From: a virus
Reading direction: 5' to 3' (one strand)
Virus record (IMG/VR): IMGVR_UViG_3300021960_000043
Coordinates: 1 to 64,000 of that record
Length of the DNA stretch: 64,000 nt
Program-made: the position numbers and the translations under genes
Notes under the pieces: generated by a model
What the model was told of the DNA's origin: nothing
The model's database searches: none
The model's input: the letters and a program-made list of their open reading frames with translations, nothing else
Part shown: piece by piece, positions 1 to 7,936 of the stretch
Layout: each line of letters begins with the position of its first letter
Numbering within the stretch: position 1 is the stretch's first letter

Positions 1-324
1 TACTTATATTATTATTATGTATAGATATAATAATGAATGATTATAATAATGTATGTTAGTTGCCCTTTACTTCACCTACTTACATATCCTTATTCTCTTA
101 TACACGTATAGGGTTCTTACATTTACCTATGATATATGTTCAACCTTCTTGTCATGGGTATGATGTATGTGATTCATTTATTATAGGCACATCAGCGAGC
201 CTGTCTCTCTCACACACTCAGAAATATATCCCCAACCATACGGTTGTGCGGAACGATAGTGTGCGTAGGGTGGATTCGGGGCTATGATTTGAGTACGAAG
301 CCGCGTGAGCATGGGTACGAAGCC

Positions 325-358
325 AAAAAAAAAGCCCCACCCCGCAGAGGGGTGAGGC
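325..358 (-). terminator. Hairpin plus U-tract terminator for the minus-strand gene 526..1326
   Basis: Minus strand reads GCCTCACCCC-TCTGC-GGGGTGGGGC followed by T9 (plus strand: A9 at 325-333, stem 334-358). Confidence 0.7.
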
Positions 359-368
359 ATAGTATGGT

Positions 369-495
369 TGGGGTTGTGGTTGGCCGCGACTCTTTTGTTC
401 GCTACTGAGTGTCTTACATATTGGTTGCACTCGACCAACCACAATTGCCCCTAATGGAGACACACTTGAGTGGAATGACAAAAACCACTCAAGTG
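369..495 (-). ncRNA. Candidate structured RNA or 3' UTR element
   Basis: Perfect 11-bp inverted repeat at 463-473/485-495. A second long stem on the minus strand, GGGG(caa)TTGTGGTTGGTCG ... CGGCCAACCACAACCCC, has a single mismatch that is a G-U pair only on that strand. Confidence 0.35.
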
Positions 496-525
496 CTTAC
501 GAGATTCCGACAGACTATTGTATAC

Positions 526-1326
526 TCACAGTAAAGAAACTAAAGTTTCTTTGTTCATGAGCATAGCCTGTTTCACGTCAATTCCAAGATTCTTGGAAAC
601 AACCGCAGCCAATTCTGCTTTCGTACTCTCAACTGTGAGAGTTGCAGGTGTAGGTGTAGGCTCAGTTGGGATAGTGGTTGAGCCGTTTGCACGTAGTTGC
701 TCAAGCATATCTTCCACGGTCAAGGGCATTTGTCCCTGTGTGGGTTCTTTCACCGTAACTTTGGTGTTGGCATACACATCGAACTGAGCAGCGAAGTCAT
801 TTGCAGGTGCAGGTGTAGGTGCAACTGCCTGTGTGGTTACTTTCTCAGGTAGTGTGCCTTCAATTGCACGAAGCAAGACAGCCTCTTGGCGTAGTTGCTT
901 ATCCACTTTCCACCAATCATCACCGAATATATCTCTGCACACGCTGTTCAAGTGTTTCTTGCCACCAAACTCAGCAGACCTGTATAGGCTGTTGACTGAT
1001 GTGTGCATACGCTTTGGTATCACTAACTCAGATGCGCCGGTGTTCTTGTTCGTATGGAACATTTCAACGGATGCAATAAATCCTTGCAGGTCTTTCGTGT
1101 AACCGTTCTTGGCACGTAGGGCTTCAAGTATATCTGCAATTGCGTAGATAAACACATCATTTGTGCCTGTACGTAGAGGTGAGCAGCCAATCATACGTAT
1201 GCCTGTGAGGGCTACGTTGTCTTCTCCTTTACCTTCTGCATGGCATAGGGCAGCATACACGTCAAGTGCTATGCTTGGGCGGTCGTTCTTTGGGCTATCA
1301 TTCTTGTTGTTAGTCATGATTGACAT
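526..1326 (-). CDS. Hypothetical protein, divergently transcribed (probable early gene); Pro/Thr/Ala linker and C-terminal HeH/Rho-N-like helical motif
   Basis: 266-aa ORF with its own TATA box and terminator; C-terminus LTVESTKAELAAVVSKNLGIDVKQAMLMNKETLVSLL. Confidence 0.7.
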   Translation of the reverse strand: MSIMTNNKNDSPKNDRPSIALDVYAALCHAEGKGEDNVALTGIRMIGCSPLRTGTNDVFIYAIADILEALRAKNGYTKDLQGFIASVEMFHTNKNTGASELVIPKRMHTSVNSLYRSAEFGGKKHLNSVCRDIFGDDWWKVDKQLRQEAVLLRAIEGTLPEKVTTQAVAPTPAPANDFAAQFDVYANTKVTVKEPTQGQMPLTVEDMLEQLRANGSTTIPTEPTPTPATLTVESTKAELAAVVSKNLGIDVKQAMLMNKETLVSLL

Positions 1327-1346
1327 GGGACTCTCAATACTGCAAC

Positions 1347-1357
1347 CTTTATATAAG
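1347..1357 (-). promoter_or_regulatory. Archaeal TATA box for 526..1326 (probably leaderless)
   Basis: Minus strand CTTATATAAAG lies about 22-30 nt upstream of the ATG at 1326. Confidence 0.6.
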
Positions 1358-1364
1358 AATCAAA

Positions 1365-1770
1365 GGCTTCGTACCCGCCCCATTATGAAGGTGATAAAGA
1401 GGGTATTGACACACCCAACCATACGGTAGGGGGTTAACGGCGTAAGGGATTACAGGCTGCATTAGGCTGGTGCAGCATGACGCTCAAAGGGGTGGTTGAA
1501 GGGTGGTTGAAGGGTACGAAGTAGCCCACACGTAGGCTTGTTGCGTGGTTGAACCCAACAGCCCAACGCTCGTACCCAACAACCCACTTCGTACCCCCAA
1601 CCCCGCTTCGTACCCCCCTACCGTACCCGCCCTTAGAAGGAGAGATAGGCCGTACCCTCCACCGTACCCTCTTTTAGTCGCGCACAGATTTCCCACATTT
1701 TTTTCGTGGAAAGGGCTTTTTGGGTGGTTGGAACGTACCTGCAAAAAAAAATTGCAGAAAAAAATTGATA
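1365..1770. repeat. Non-coding region with clustered (CTT)CGTACCC repeats followed by A/T tracts
   Basis: CGTACCC at 1370, 1571, 1590, 1609, 1622, 1651 and 1663; inverted GGGTACGAAG at 1512 (also at 313); T-tract near 1698-1704 and A-tracts at 1743-1764. Confidence 0.8.
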
Positions 1771-1793
1771 ACACTAACCTCTATCCGCCTAAC

Positions 1794-2108
1794 ATGAGTG
1801 TCGCCTTTACTGAAGCGTGGGCTGTTTTGAAGATGGGTATGCCATCTATGCCTTCACCGCCGTCAGATATGGGTGAAAAAAGCCCAAATGGTGGCGGAGA
1901 TGAAGAATACAGCCACAAAGATTTGGATGCTGAAGCACTCATTGATTTCTTAGTGCAGACCTTAGGAATGGAATATCAGGATGCAAAAGTCTTGGTTACA
2001 CACCACAAAACTAAAGAAATGGCTAGTGCAAGTAAAAGAAAGGCAAAAATGGCAGCCGAAAATATGGCTGATGAAGCACCAGCACCACCACAAATGGGGG
2101 GATATTAA
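1794..2108 (+). CDS. Small protein with N-terminal AFxxAWxxLK tag
   Basis: Start re-assigned from 1545 to the ATG at 1794 (MSVAFTEAWAVLKMG); TTGATAA lies about 25 nt upstream. Confidence 0.75.
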   Translation: MSVAFTEAWAVLKMGMPSMPSPPSDMGEKSPNGGGDEEYSHKDLDAEALIDFLVQTLGMEYQDAKVLVTHHKTKEMASASKRKAKMAAENMADEAPAPPQMGGY

Positions 2109-2470
2109 TGACAGCATTTGAAACAGCATGGAATATATTAAAAAGCAATACACTAGAAAAACAATCGTATCATCCAGCGATACACGGTTTAATGAACAGA
2201 AAAAGAATTGCTGATGGTTTTAATGTTGATATGGAATCTCCATATTACCAACCTAGTGATTTTGTAGATGAAGCGGAAGGTATGGGTTATGAGCCGAAAG
2301 GTGCTAGTGGGCCTAATTCACTTAGAGCCGCAGAACAATCAGGTGAATTAAAAAGACAATCTACGGGTTTTAGACAAGGACAATACCCACAATATACCCC
2401 TGAATTATACAACGCATTAATGAGTTTACAACAACCTAATGACCCTTCTAAAGCAATACCGCGTGATTAA
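2108..2470 (+). CDS. Small protein with N-terminal AFxxAWxxLK tag
   Basis: Begins MTAFETAWNILKS; TAATG coupling to the upstream gene. Confidence 0.8.
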   Translation: MTAFETAWNILKSNTLEKQSYHPAIHGLMNRKRIADGFNVDMESPYYQPSDFVDEAEGMGYEPKGASGPNSLRAAEQSGELKRQSTGFRQGQYPQYTPELYNALMSLQQPNDPSKAIPRD

Positions 2471-2471
2471 A

Positions 2472-2936
2472 ATGACAGCATTCGATAAAGCATGGGATTT
2501 TCTCAAAGCAGATGAGTCATACACAGGGCAACCAAAGTTTGGTGGAAACCAAAAACAACCCCTTGATATGCACGAATATCCTCCCGGCTCAGGTAATTTT
2601 ATGTCTTTACAAGACATGTTAATGGCTAGAAACGCAGATGCTCGCAAAAATATGCAAAGAATGGATAATAACATGCGTGGGAGAAGAGGGCCAAATGTTG
2701 GTGGACAACCTTCTACAAATGCTATAGCGAGTAGATTACCCATAACCCCTAATCCACACACAGAAGTAGGAAGGAGAATAATAGAAAATTACCCACCAAT
2801 TCCAAATACAATCACGGTGGATGGAAAAGAGATGGACAGAAAAAAGTTTTTTAATCAAAATAGAAACAACATTATGGTGAGTCCAACGGGTAATTTAAGC
2901 GATATTCCTGAAGAGCAAAGATGGAATCCTTTGTAA
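2472..2936 (+). CDS. Small protein with N-terminal AFxxAWxxLK tag
   Basis: Start re-assigned to 2472 (MTAFDKAWDFLKA), directly after the previous stop. Confidence 0.8.
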   Translation: MTAFDKAWDFLKADESYTGQPKFGGNQKQPLDMHEYPPGSGNFMSLQDMLMARNADARKNMQRMDNNMRGRRGPNVGGQPSTNAIASRLPITPNPHTEVGRRIIENYPPIPNTITVDGKEMDRKKFFNQNRNNIMVSPTGNLSDIPEEQRWNPL

Positions 2937-2990
2937 AAACACGATTTAGGAATGTTTATTTATAAACCCCCTCTCGTATTTAACCCGTAA

Positions 2991-3173
2991 ATGACTATGG
3001 CAACACCATTTGAAAGGGCTTGGTTACTAATCAAAGGACAACCTCTCGGTATACCTTTTACCGAACAAGAAAACATTTTTATCAACAAAACTCTATACGA
3101 AGCCATGAGTAGTTCTGATGAATTAAAAAAGAGAGAAGCCAAAGAATTATGGCATCATTTTTTGAGTTATTGA
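2991..3173 (+). CDS. Small protein with N-terminal PFxxAWxxIK tag
   Basis: MATPFERAWLLIKG; TTTATAAA about 25 nt upstream. Confidence 0.6.
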   Translation: MTMATPFERAWLLIKGQPLGIPFTEQENIFINKTLYEAMSSSDELKKREAKELWHHFLSY

Positions 3174-3490
3174 CCGAAACCAGCGGTTGTACTTTGTTGA
3201 CTTGAGGCTTTATCTGCCGTTCTTCTACGCATTTCTTCGTCAGATTGGCGATTTCTTTCAGCAGATGCATTCAAACTAGACATCGCTGCATCCATTGGGT
3301 CAAAGTCTGCTACCTTTTGAGCAGCAACCACACCGACCTTTTTTGCGCCTTTTTTACCAAGTTCTTTTGCACCTTGCGTAAGTGCTGCTCGACCTGCTGC
3401 TGTGCCGACAGCAGTAGCAGTTGAAGCAGCGGCACTACTAGCCAAACTACCTAATGCCCCAAGTGCTGCTCCTATAAATGGTATCGGCAT
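3167..3490 (-). CDS. Ala/Gly-rich small protein with hydrophobic N-terminus
   Basis: 107 aa, MPIPFIGAALGALGSLAS...; no competing + strand ORF over most of its length. Confidence 0.6.
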   Translation of the reverse strand: MPIPFIGAALGALGSLASSAAASTATAVGTAAGRAALTQGAKELGKKGAKKVGVVAAQKVADFDPMDAAMSSLNASAERNRQSDEEMRRRTADKASSQQSTTAGFGQ

Positions 3491-3544
3491 ATGATATTCG
3501 GAGATAGCGTAACATCAAAAACGTGTTGCTTCTTCCGCTAAAGC

Positions 3545-3754
3545 GTGAATGAAGATTTCGTTTTAGTATTCAAGGCAAAATCTTACATTCAAGATAGACC
3601 AAAAAGACTTGCTCAGGCTAAAGTTCAGCGTTTATCCCGTAAAACTAAGAATCGTAAAACTAAGAAAAGATATGCTCGTAACCTTTCTAGAGGAAATATC
3701 AGACCAAAGATGCGTAGACAAACAGGCTTAGTAAGGGTGGTGAGGCAAAGATGA
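3545..3754 (+). CDS. Highly basic small protein
   Basis: 69 aa, Arg/Lys-rich; ATGA overlap with the next gene. Confidence 0.6.
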   Translation: MNEDFVLVFKAKSYIQDRPKRLAQAKVQRLSRKTKNRKTKKRYARNLSRGNIRPKMRRQTGLVRVVRQR

Positions 3755-4530
3755 AAATACAACCTCACGAATATGGCCCTGTAACAGAATATCATGGAAC
3801 TATAGATTTACCAAAAGTTCTTTCTGAAGGGATTAGAGGTGGAAACCCGAAAACTCGCTCAAATCGCTATATACCTGAAGGTATGAGAGAAGAAGAATTG
3901 ATTTCTTATACTCACCCAAATAGAGAAATGGCTTTAGCCTACGCACAAGACAGGGCAAATAGAATGAAACTTGACCCGAAAAAAGTTGGCGTTGTTGGTG
4001 TTAGAGGTACTCAATTACCTGAAGCAGTTGAACACCAAGAGCCAAAAGAGGGCATTTTTGCAGGTACAAGTAGTTTAGTTAGACCGGGTAGTATATCTCC
4101 TGAATATCTAATTCAAGCATCTGAGGATAAGATGAAACCAAAGAAAAAGAAAGGTGTTGTTTTGATAATTTCAGTTGGCCCGAAAATGCCACGTAAACCA
4201 ACAGATGAGGCCACACCTAATAAAGAAGTCAAAAAATCATTTAGTAAACCAATGGACATAGCCTATCAACTATTGAAAAGAAATCTATCACCAGCAGCAC
4301 GAAAACATAAGTTGGAATATGACACAAAATATCAGTCTAGCCCGGAACGGGTCAAGTACAGAGTAGGTTTGAACCGTGAGCGTAGACGCAGGGGGATTTA
4401 CGGTTCAGGCAACGGGAAAGATGTCAGTCATACCGAGGGTGGGAAACTCACTTTGGAAAATGAGCATGATAATCGGGCTAGGCACTTTAAGAATCGGGGT
4501 ACACTTCGTAAGGTCAAGGTGAAAAAATGA
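3751..4530 (+). CDS. Multi-module protein: ADP-ribosyltransferase-like fold, linker, and HNH-like C-terminal module
   Basis: N-terminal YHGT..VLSEGI..SYT..A.AYA..V.V..I.PEYL pattern; internal tag PMDIAYQLLKR; C-terminal GNGKDVSH...NRAR. Confidence 0.55.
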   Translation: MKIQPHEYGPVTEYHGTIDLPKVLSEGIRGGNPKTRSNRYIPEGMREEELISYTHPNREMALAYAQDRANRMKLDPKKVGVVGVRGTQLPEAVEHQEPKEGIFAGTSSLVRPGSISPEYLIQASEDKMKPKKKKGVVLIISVGPKMPRKPTDEATPNKEVKKSFSKPMDIAYQLLKRNLSPAARKHKLEYDTKYQSSPERVKYRVGLNRERRRRGIYGSGNGKDVSHTEGGKLTLENEHDNRARHFKNRGTLRKVKVKK

Positions 4531-4700
4531 ACAGTTGTGATTGCGGTCATTGTGTTGGTATGGACACAGTTTGGAAAAAATTATGCCCTGCTGGAAAAGC
4601 AGCCGCTAAGAAAAAGTTCGATGTTTACCCATCTGCGTATGCAAACGGTTGGGCTGTACAATATTGTCGTGGTAAGTTTAAGGGGAAGAAGAAGAAATGA
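4527..4700 (+). CDS. 57-aa basic Cys-containing protein (not in ORF track)
   Basis: MNSCDCGHCVGMDTVWKKLCPAGKAAAKKKFDVYPSAYANGWAVQYCRGKFKGKKKK; ATGA overlaps at both ends; the YPSAYAN motif recurs in small basic proteins of marine viruses. Confidence 0.8.
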   Translation: MNSCDCGHCVGMDTVWKKLCPAGKAAAKKKFDVYPSAYANGWAVQYCRGKFKGKKKK

Positions 4701-4858
4701 AACTCAAAAAAGACAAATGTTGTTGTGGTGGTACTAAGAAAACACCTTGCGTTTGTATGATTGAGGGTAATCAATGTTCAACATCTTCTCCTAAATGTCC
4801 TTGTTATGCTTTGATAGACAAACAAAAGAACATTAAAAAAATGGTAGGAGTAGTATGA
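4697..4858 (+). CDS. 53-aa Cys-rich, metallothionein-like protein (not in ORF track)
   Basis: MKLKKDKCCCGGTKKTPCVCMIEGNQCSTSSPKCPCYALIDKQKNIKKMVGVV; 8 Cys; ATGA overlaps at both ends. Confidence 0.7.
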   Translation: MKLKKDKCCCGGTKKTPCVCMIEGNQCSTSSPKCPCYALIDKQKNIKKMVGVV

Positions 4859-5439
4859 CACGATGTACTTGTCATGATGTGCTCATTGTAAAGAACTTAA
4901 ACCGCTGGTTTAAGGAAAAATGGGTAGATGTGTCACGTACTAAAGATGGCAAGCACCCACCATGTGGTAGAAGCAAGGGAAAACTTTCAGGTAAAGGTTA
5001 TCCTAAATGTAGACCTTCAATCAAAGTTTCAAGTAAAACGCCTAAAACATCAGGTTCTATGTCATCGGGTGAGAAGCAAGCGGCGACAAAAAGAAAACGT
5101 GCAAAAAAGCAAGGTGTGGGTGGGAAACCAACAATTGTTAAGACAGACTACACTATGCGAAGCGACATGGATGCTTTTACCGCAGCGTGGGATATACTCA
5201 AAGCATCAACAGAAAGAAAGAAATTAAGTCTGAACAGAAGGCCAAACACCGGGCCAATTTCTTTTACTAACGAAAGACAGAAAACCCGTGAACAAAGAAT
5301 GATACAAGACATGATTAATGAAACAGGAAATAAACAACCACTCGATGTGATGAATCAAAAGGGTAGAGAACAAACCCCAAAAGAAGAAGAGTACCATTAT
5401 CAACAAATGTTACAAGATTATCAAGATGAAGGGTATTAG
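4855..5439 (+). CDS. Basic viral module (RWFKEKWVD...CGR...YPKCRP; DUF5872-like) fused to a second tagged module
   Basis: Recognisable motif in the N-terminal half; internal MDAFTAAWDILKAS at 5167. Confidence 0.75.
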   Translation: MTRCTCHDVLIVKNLNRWFKEKWVDVSRTKDGKHPPCGRSKGKLSGKGYPKCRPSIKVSSKTPKTSGSMSSGEKQAATKRKRAKKQGVGGKPTIVKTDYTMRSDMDAFTAAWDILKASTERKKLSLNRRPNTGPISFTNERQKTREQRMIQDMINETGNKQPLDVMNQKGREQTPKEEEYHYQQMLQDYQDEGY

Positions 5440-5441
5440 AA

Positions 5442-5939
5442 ATGAATGATTTTAACATATGTGATTGTTGCACACCTATGCAACAAGCATCAGCGGCTTT
5501 GTTAGATTCTGTTTTTGAAAAAGCCTCAAAATATGATTTCCCATGTCCTCATTGTGGGAGTGAAAACCCAATGGTTGCTTACACTCCTGATTATACAGGG
5601 TATCATGGAAGTTGTGCAAACTGTCATCAAGAAATTACTTCACCAGCAGGTAGCACTAGATATGTCGCTAAAGGTGAAAAGCCATTTCATGGCTACAACC
5701 CAAACAGACATAGTAGAAGTGGTGGACTAAATGCAAAAGGACGTGCAAAGTTTAAGCGAGAAACAGGTGCAAACTTGAAAAGACCTGTTACAAAGAAGCC
5801 AAGTTCACTAAAACCCGGCAGTAAAGCAGCAAAAAGAAGAAAGTCATTTTGTGCTAGAATGGGTGGAAGTAAAGGTCCAACTAGTAAAGATGGGAAATTA
5901 ACACCAAAGGGTGCTGCTCTAAAACGCTGGAATTGTTAA
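5442..5939 (+). CDS. Zn-ribbon plus basic viral module (GGLNAKGR...RRKSFCARM...WNC; DUF6321-like)
   Basis: CPHC/CANC Zn ribbon between FEKA and VAKG; conserved basic C-terminal motif. Confidence 0.75.
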   Translation: MNDFNICDCCTPMQQASAALLDSVFEKASKYDFPCPHCGSENPMVAYTPDYTGYHGSCANCHQEITSPAGSTRYVAKGEKPFHGYNPNRHSRSGGLNAKGRAKFKRETGANLKRPVTKKPSSLKPGSKAAKRRKSFCARMGGSKGPTSKDGKLTPKGAALKRWNC

Positions 5940-5995
5940 ATATGATTACCAACGCTTTTCTTTCTATTATGCCGAATTGGTTAAAGGCTTTGATA

Positions 5996-6080
5996 GCATT
6001 ATTTTAATTATTCAATATTACTTATATATATAATAATAATATATTTATATGTTATATAATAACAATGAAATAATGAAAAC
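5996..6080. other. Extremely AT-rich intergenic element
   Basis: About 85 nt of almost pure A/T; shares TACTTATAT and ATAATAA/AATGAA with positions 1-55. Confidence 0.6.
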
Positions 6081-6135
6081 ATTTTCGCACATTTCTTATA
6101 CTAACCCCTAGTGCGGTCAAACAAGAGGTCATATC

Positions 6136-6768
6136 ATGGATTGGAATGCCGATGGAGAAATAGATAACTCAGAATTAAGATTAACAGGACTGATTTTAGC
6201 ACAATCAGCACTCATTGGAGTGGCAGTAGGGGTTTTTGACTCCGGCGTTTGGTTGCCATCGGGTGAAAGCCAAGACTCATGGGTCAACGGTATGACCTAT
6301 TCTATGGCAGCCTTAGCAGTTCAAATTGTGGCATTTTACTTATTCAAAATGTTCTTTGAGCAATCAATGAGACAAAGAGTTAGTATGCAAAATCGTCAGA
6401 AAGAATATGAAATGAGGATTCGTGGTATGCAAGGCGACCATGAACAAAGAAGAATGGAACTTCAGTTAAGGGTACAAGAAATGCAACTAGAAAGAGATTT
6501 AGCCGCATTTAAGCAAAATCCGACAGGATATTTTCAACAACCCACTTCACCTCCTGAATTACAACAACATAGCACTCCTTCAGGTGCTATGAGTTTAGGG
6601 TTAGATGCTTTAGCACATCAACCTCAATCTGTAGTACCACCTAGAAACTTAGATGAAATATATCAATTAGCAGATTCACTTCAAAATATGCCAACACCAC
6701 CTGCTGATGGAAAACCAACAACGAGGTTGAAAAAGGATGGTACACCTGACCTCAGATACAAGAGTTGA
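6136..6768 (+). CDS. Two-TM membrane protein with coiled coil and C-terminal KKDGTPDLRY motif
   Basis: Two hydrophobic segments followed by a heptad-rich region; GAGGT RBS. Confidence 0.8.
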   Translation: MDWNADGEIDNSELRLTGLILAQSALIGVAVGVFDSGVWLPSGESQDSWVNGMTYSMAALAVQIVAFYLFKMFFEQSMRQRVSMQNRQKEYEMRIRGMQGDHEQRRMELQLRVQEMQLERDLAAFKQNPTGYFQQPTSPPELQQHSTPSGAMSLGLDALAHQPQSVVPPRNLDEIYQLADSLQNMPTPPADGKPTTRLKKDGTPDLRYKS

Positions 6769-6773
6769 ATTAG

Positions 6774-7031
6774 ATGGGTAAAATATTCAAAACACCAAAA
6801 GATGATTCTGTGGAAGAAACACTTAGAGCCATGCATTTAGCAAATACATTTGATAACACATACGAATGGACAGTTGGTTGGGTTAGAACAATTATTGTAG
6901 CAGGTGTAACTGCTTTAGCGGTTAGTGCTGCTGAATCTTATACAGAGTTCACATTGTGGGGTTGGACTGTTGAATGGTTTTTAGAAAAAGTCGCTAATTT
7001 CGCACAATGGCTATCTGATTTAGTGAGTTGA
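6774..7031 (+). CDS. Small membrane protein
   Basis: Hydrophobic WVRTIIVAGVTALAVSAA and a Trp-rich amphipathic C-terminus. Confidence 0.75.
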   Translation: MGKIFKTPKDDSVEETLRAMHLANTFDNTYEWTVGWVRTIIVAGVTALAVSAAESYTEFTLWGWTVEWFLEKVANFAQWLSDLVS

Positions 7032-7035
7032 ATAA

Positions 7036-7749
7036 ATGTCAATGACAGGTAGCGTATTGGTGGGGGCTGCCCTTTTTGGACAAAATCTATACAATTCTTG
7101 GCGACCTAGAAAAATAGGAGTTTATGGGACTAGCATGGTGGGTAAAACCACTCTTGATAGATATATGACAACACCGGGTGAAATGGAAGAAATACCTGAA
7201 GAAGAAAGAACCTCTCATGCTAAAATATTAGGTAAGTTTCTTTTACCAAAACCTACTAGAAAAAGAGTAAAATGGCAAGGTGAAAGAAGATTAGTTCATT
7301 CTGCTGATATGGGAGGACAACAAAGATTTTGGAATCTTTGGATGGATGATGCCGTAGCAAGACAGGTCGAAGCAATTGTTTACATGTTTGATGATAGAGC
7401 ATTCAAAGGTGGTGGTGAAGGAATGGAACAAGTTGCTGGATTTACATTCTTAGTAGATAATATAATTAAAAGACAGTATCGTTATAGAAACGTAAAGGCT
7501 TGGTGGAAAGGTAGAAAATATTCTCCTAAAGTAATTATGTTAGTCGCTAATAAAGCGGATAGATATTTCGATGATACTGCTGCTAGGTTATGGCCTCAAG
7601 GAAGAATTGGTGAACATAAAATATTTGACCCTTTTAGAGATGATTTAATTCGTTTACAAAAAGCAGGTGTACCAACTAAAAGGTCTTTCATGGCTACTAG
7701 AATAGGTTGGAATGTTGAGCCAACATTGATAGAACTTTTAACTTCGTAG
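7036..7749 (+). CDS. Small Ras-superfamily GTPase, Arf/Sar1-like
   Basis: G1 GTSMVGKTT, G3 DMGGQ followed by RFWNLW, AIVYMFD, G4 VANKAD, G5-like MATRIG; hydrophobic/amphipathic N-terminal extension. Confidence 0.85.
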   Translation: MSMTGSVLVGAALFGQNLYNSWRPRKIGVYGTSMVGKTTLDRYMTTPGEMEEIPEEERTSHAKILGKFLLPKPTRKRVKWQGERRLVHSADMGGQQRFWNLWMDDAVARQVEAIVYMFDDRAFKGGGEGMEQVAGFTFLVDNIIKRQYRYRNVKAWWKGRKYSPKVIMLVANKADRYFDDTAARLWPQGRIGEHKIFDPFRDDLIRLQKAGVPTKRSFMATRIGWNVEPTLIELLTS

Positions 7750-7757
7750 GTGGAAAA

Positions 7758-7934
7758 ATGAGTAGGAATAAAACAACATTAGTAGGCACAGGTGGTGGCT
7801 CTAAGAGTTTGAGAACTACAGTACCTTCTTGGATAGTTGAACAATTTGGTTTAAAATCAGGCAAAAAATTGTTTTGGAGACTAGAAACTAGTGAAAATGG
7901 GGAATTGTATATCAAGGTGAAGCCTGAGGGATAA
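7758..7934 (+). CDS. AbrB/MazE/SpoVT-family swapped-hairpin DNA-binding protein (58 aa, not in ORF track)
   Basis: MSRNKTTLVGTGGGSKSLRTTVPSWIVEQFGLKSGKKLFWRLETSENGELYIKVKPEG; AGGTGG RBS. Confidence 0.8.
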   Translation: MSRNKTTLVGTGGGSKSLRTTVPSWIVEQFGLKSGKKLFWRLETSENGELYIKVKPEG

Positions 7935-7936
7935 AC

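Noticed and set aside
60-520. Short ORFs 60..287, 181..444 and 218..481
   Set aside because: They overlap the hairpins and terminator, with no RBS or recognisable motif; the region is better explained as non-coding.
1365-1670. Mini-CRISPR array
   Set aside because: Repeats are only 7-10 bp, irregularly spaced and in both orientations.
1484-1793. ORF 1484..1774 (-) and the N-terminal extension of 1545..2108
   Set aside because: They run through the CGTACCC repeat field. The tag motif and TATA-like box place the real start at 1794.
4537-4737. 66-aa ORF in the ORF track
   Set aside because: Overlaps two better-supported coupled ORFs (4527..4700 and 4697..4858).
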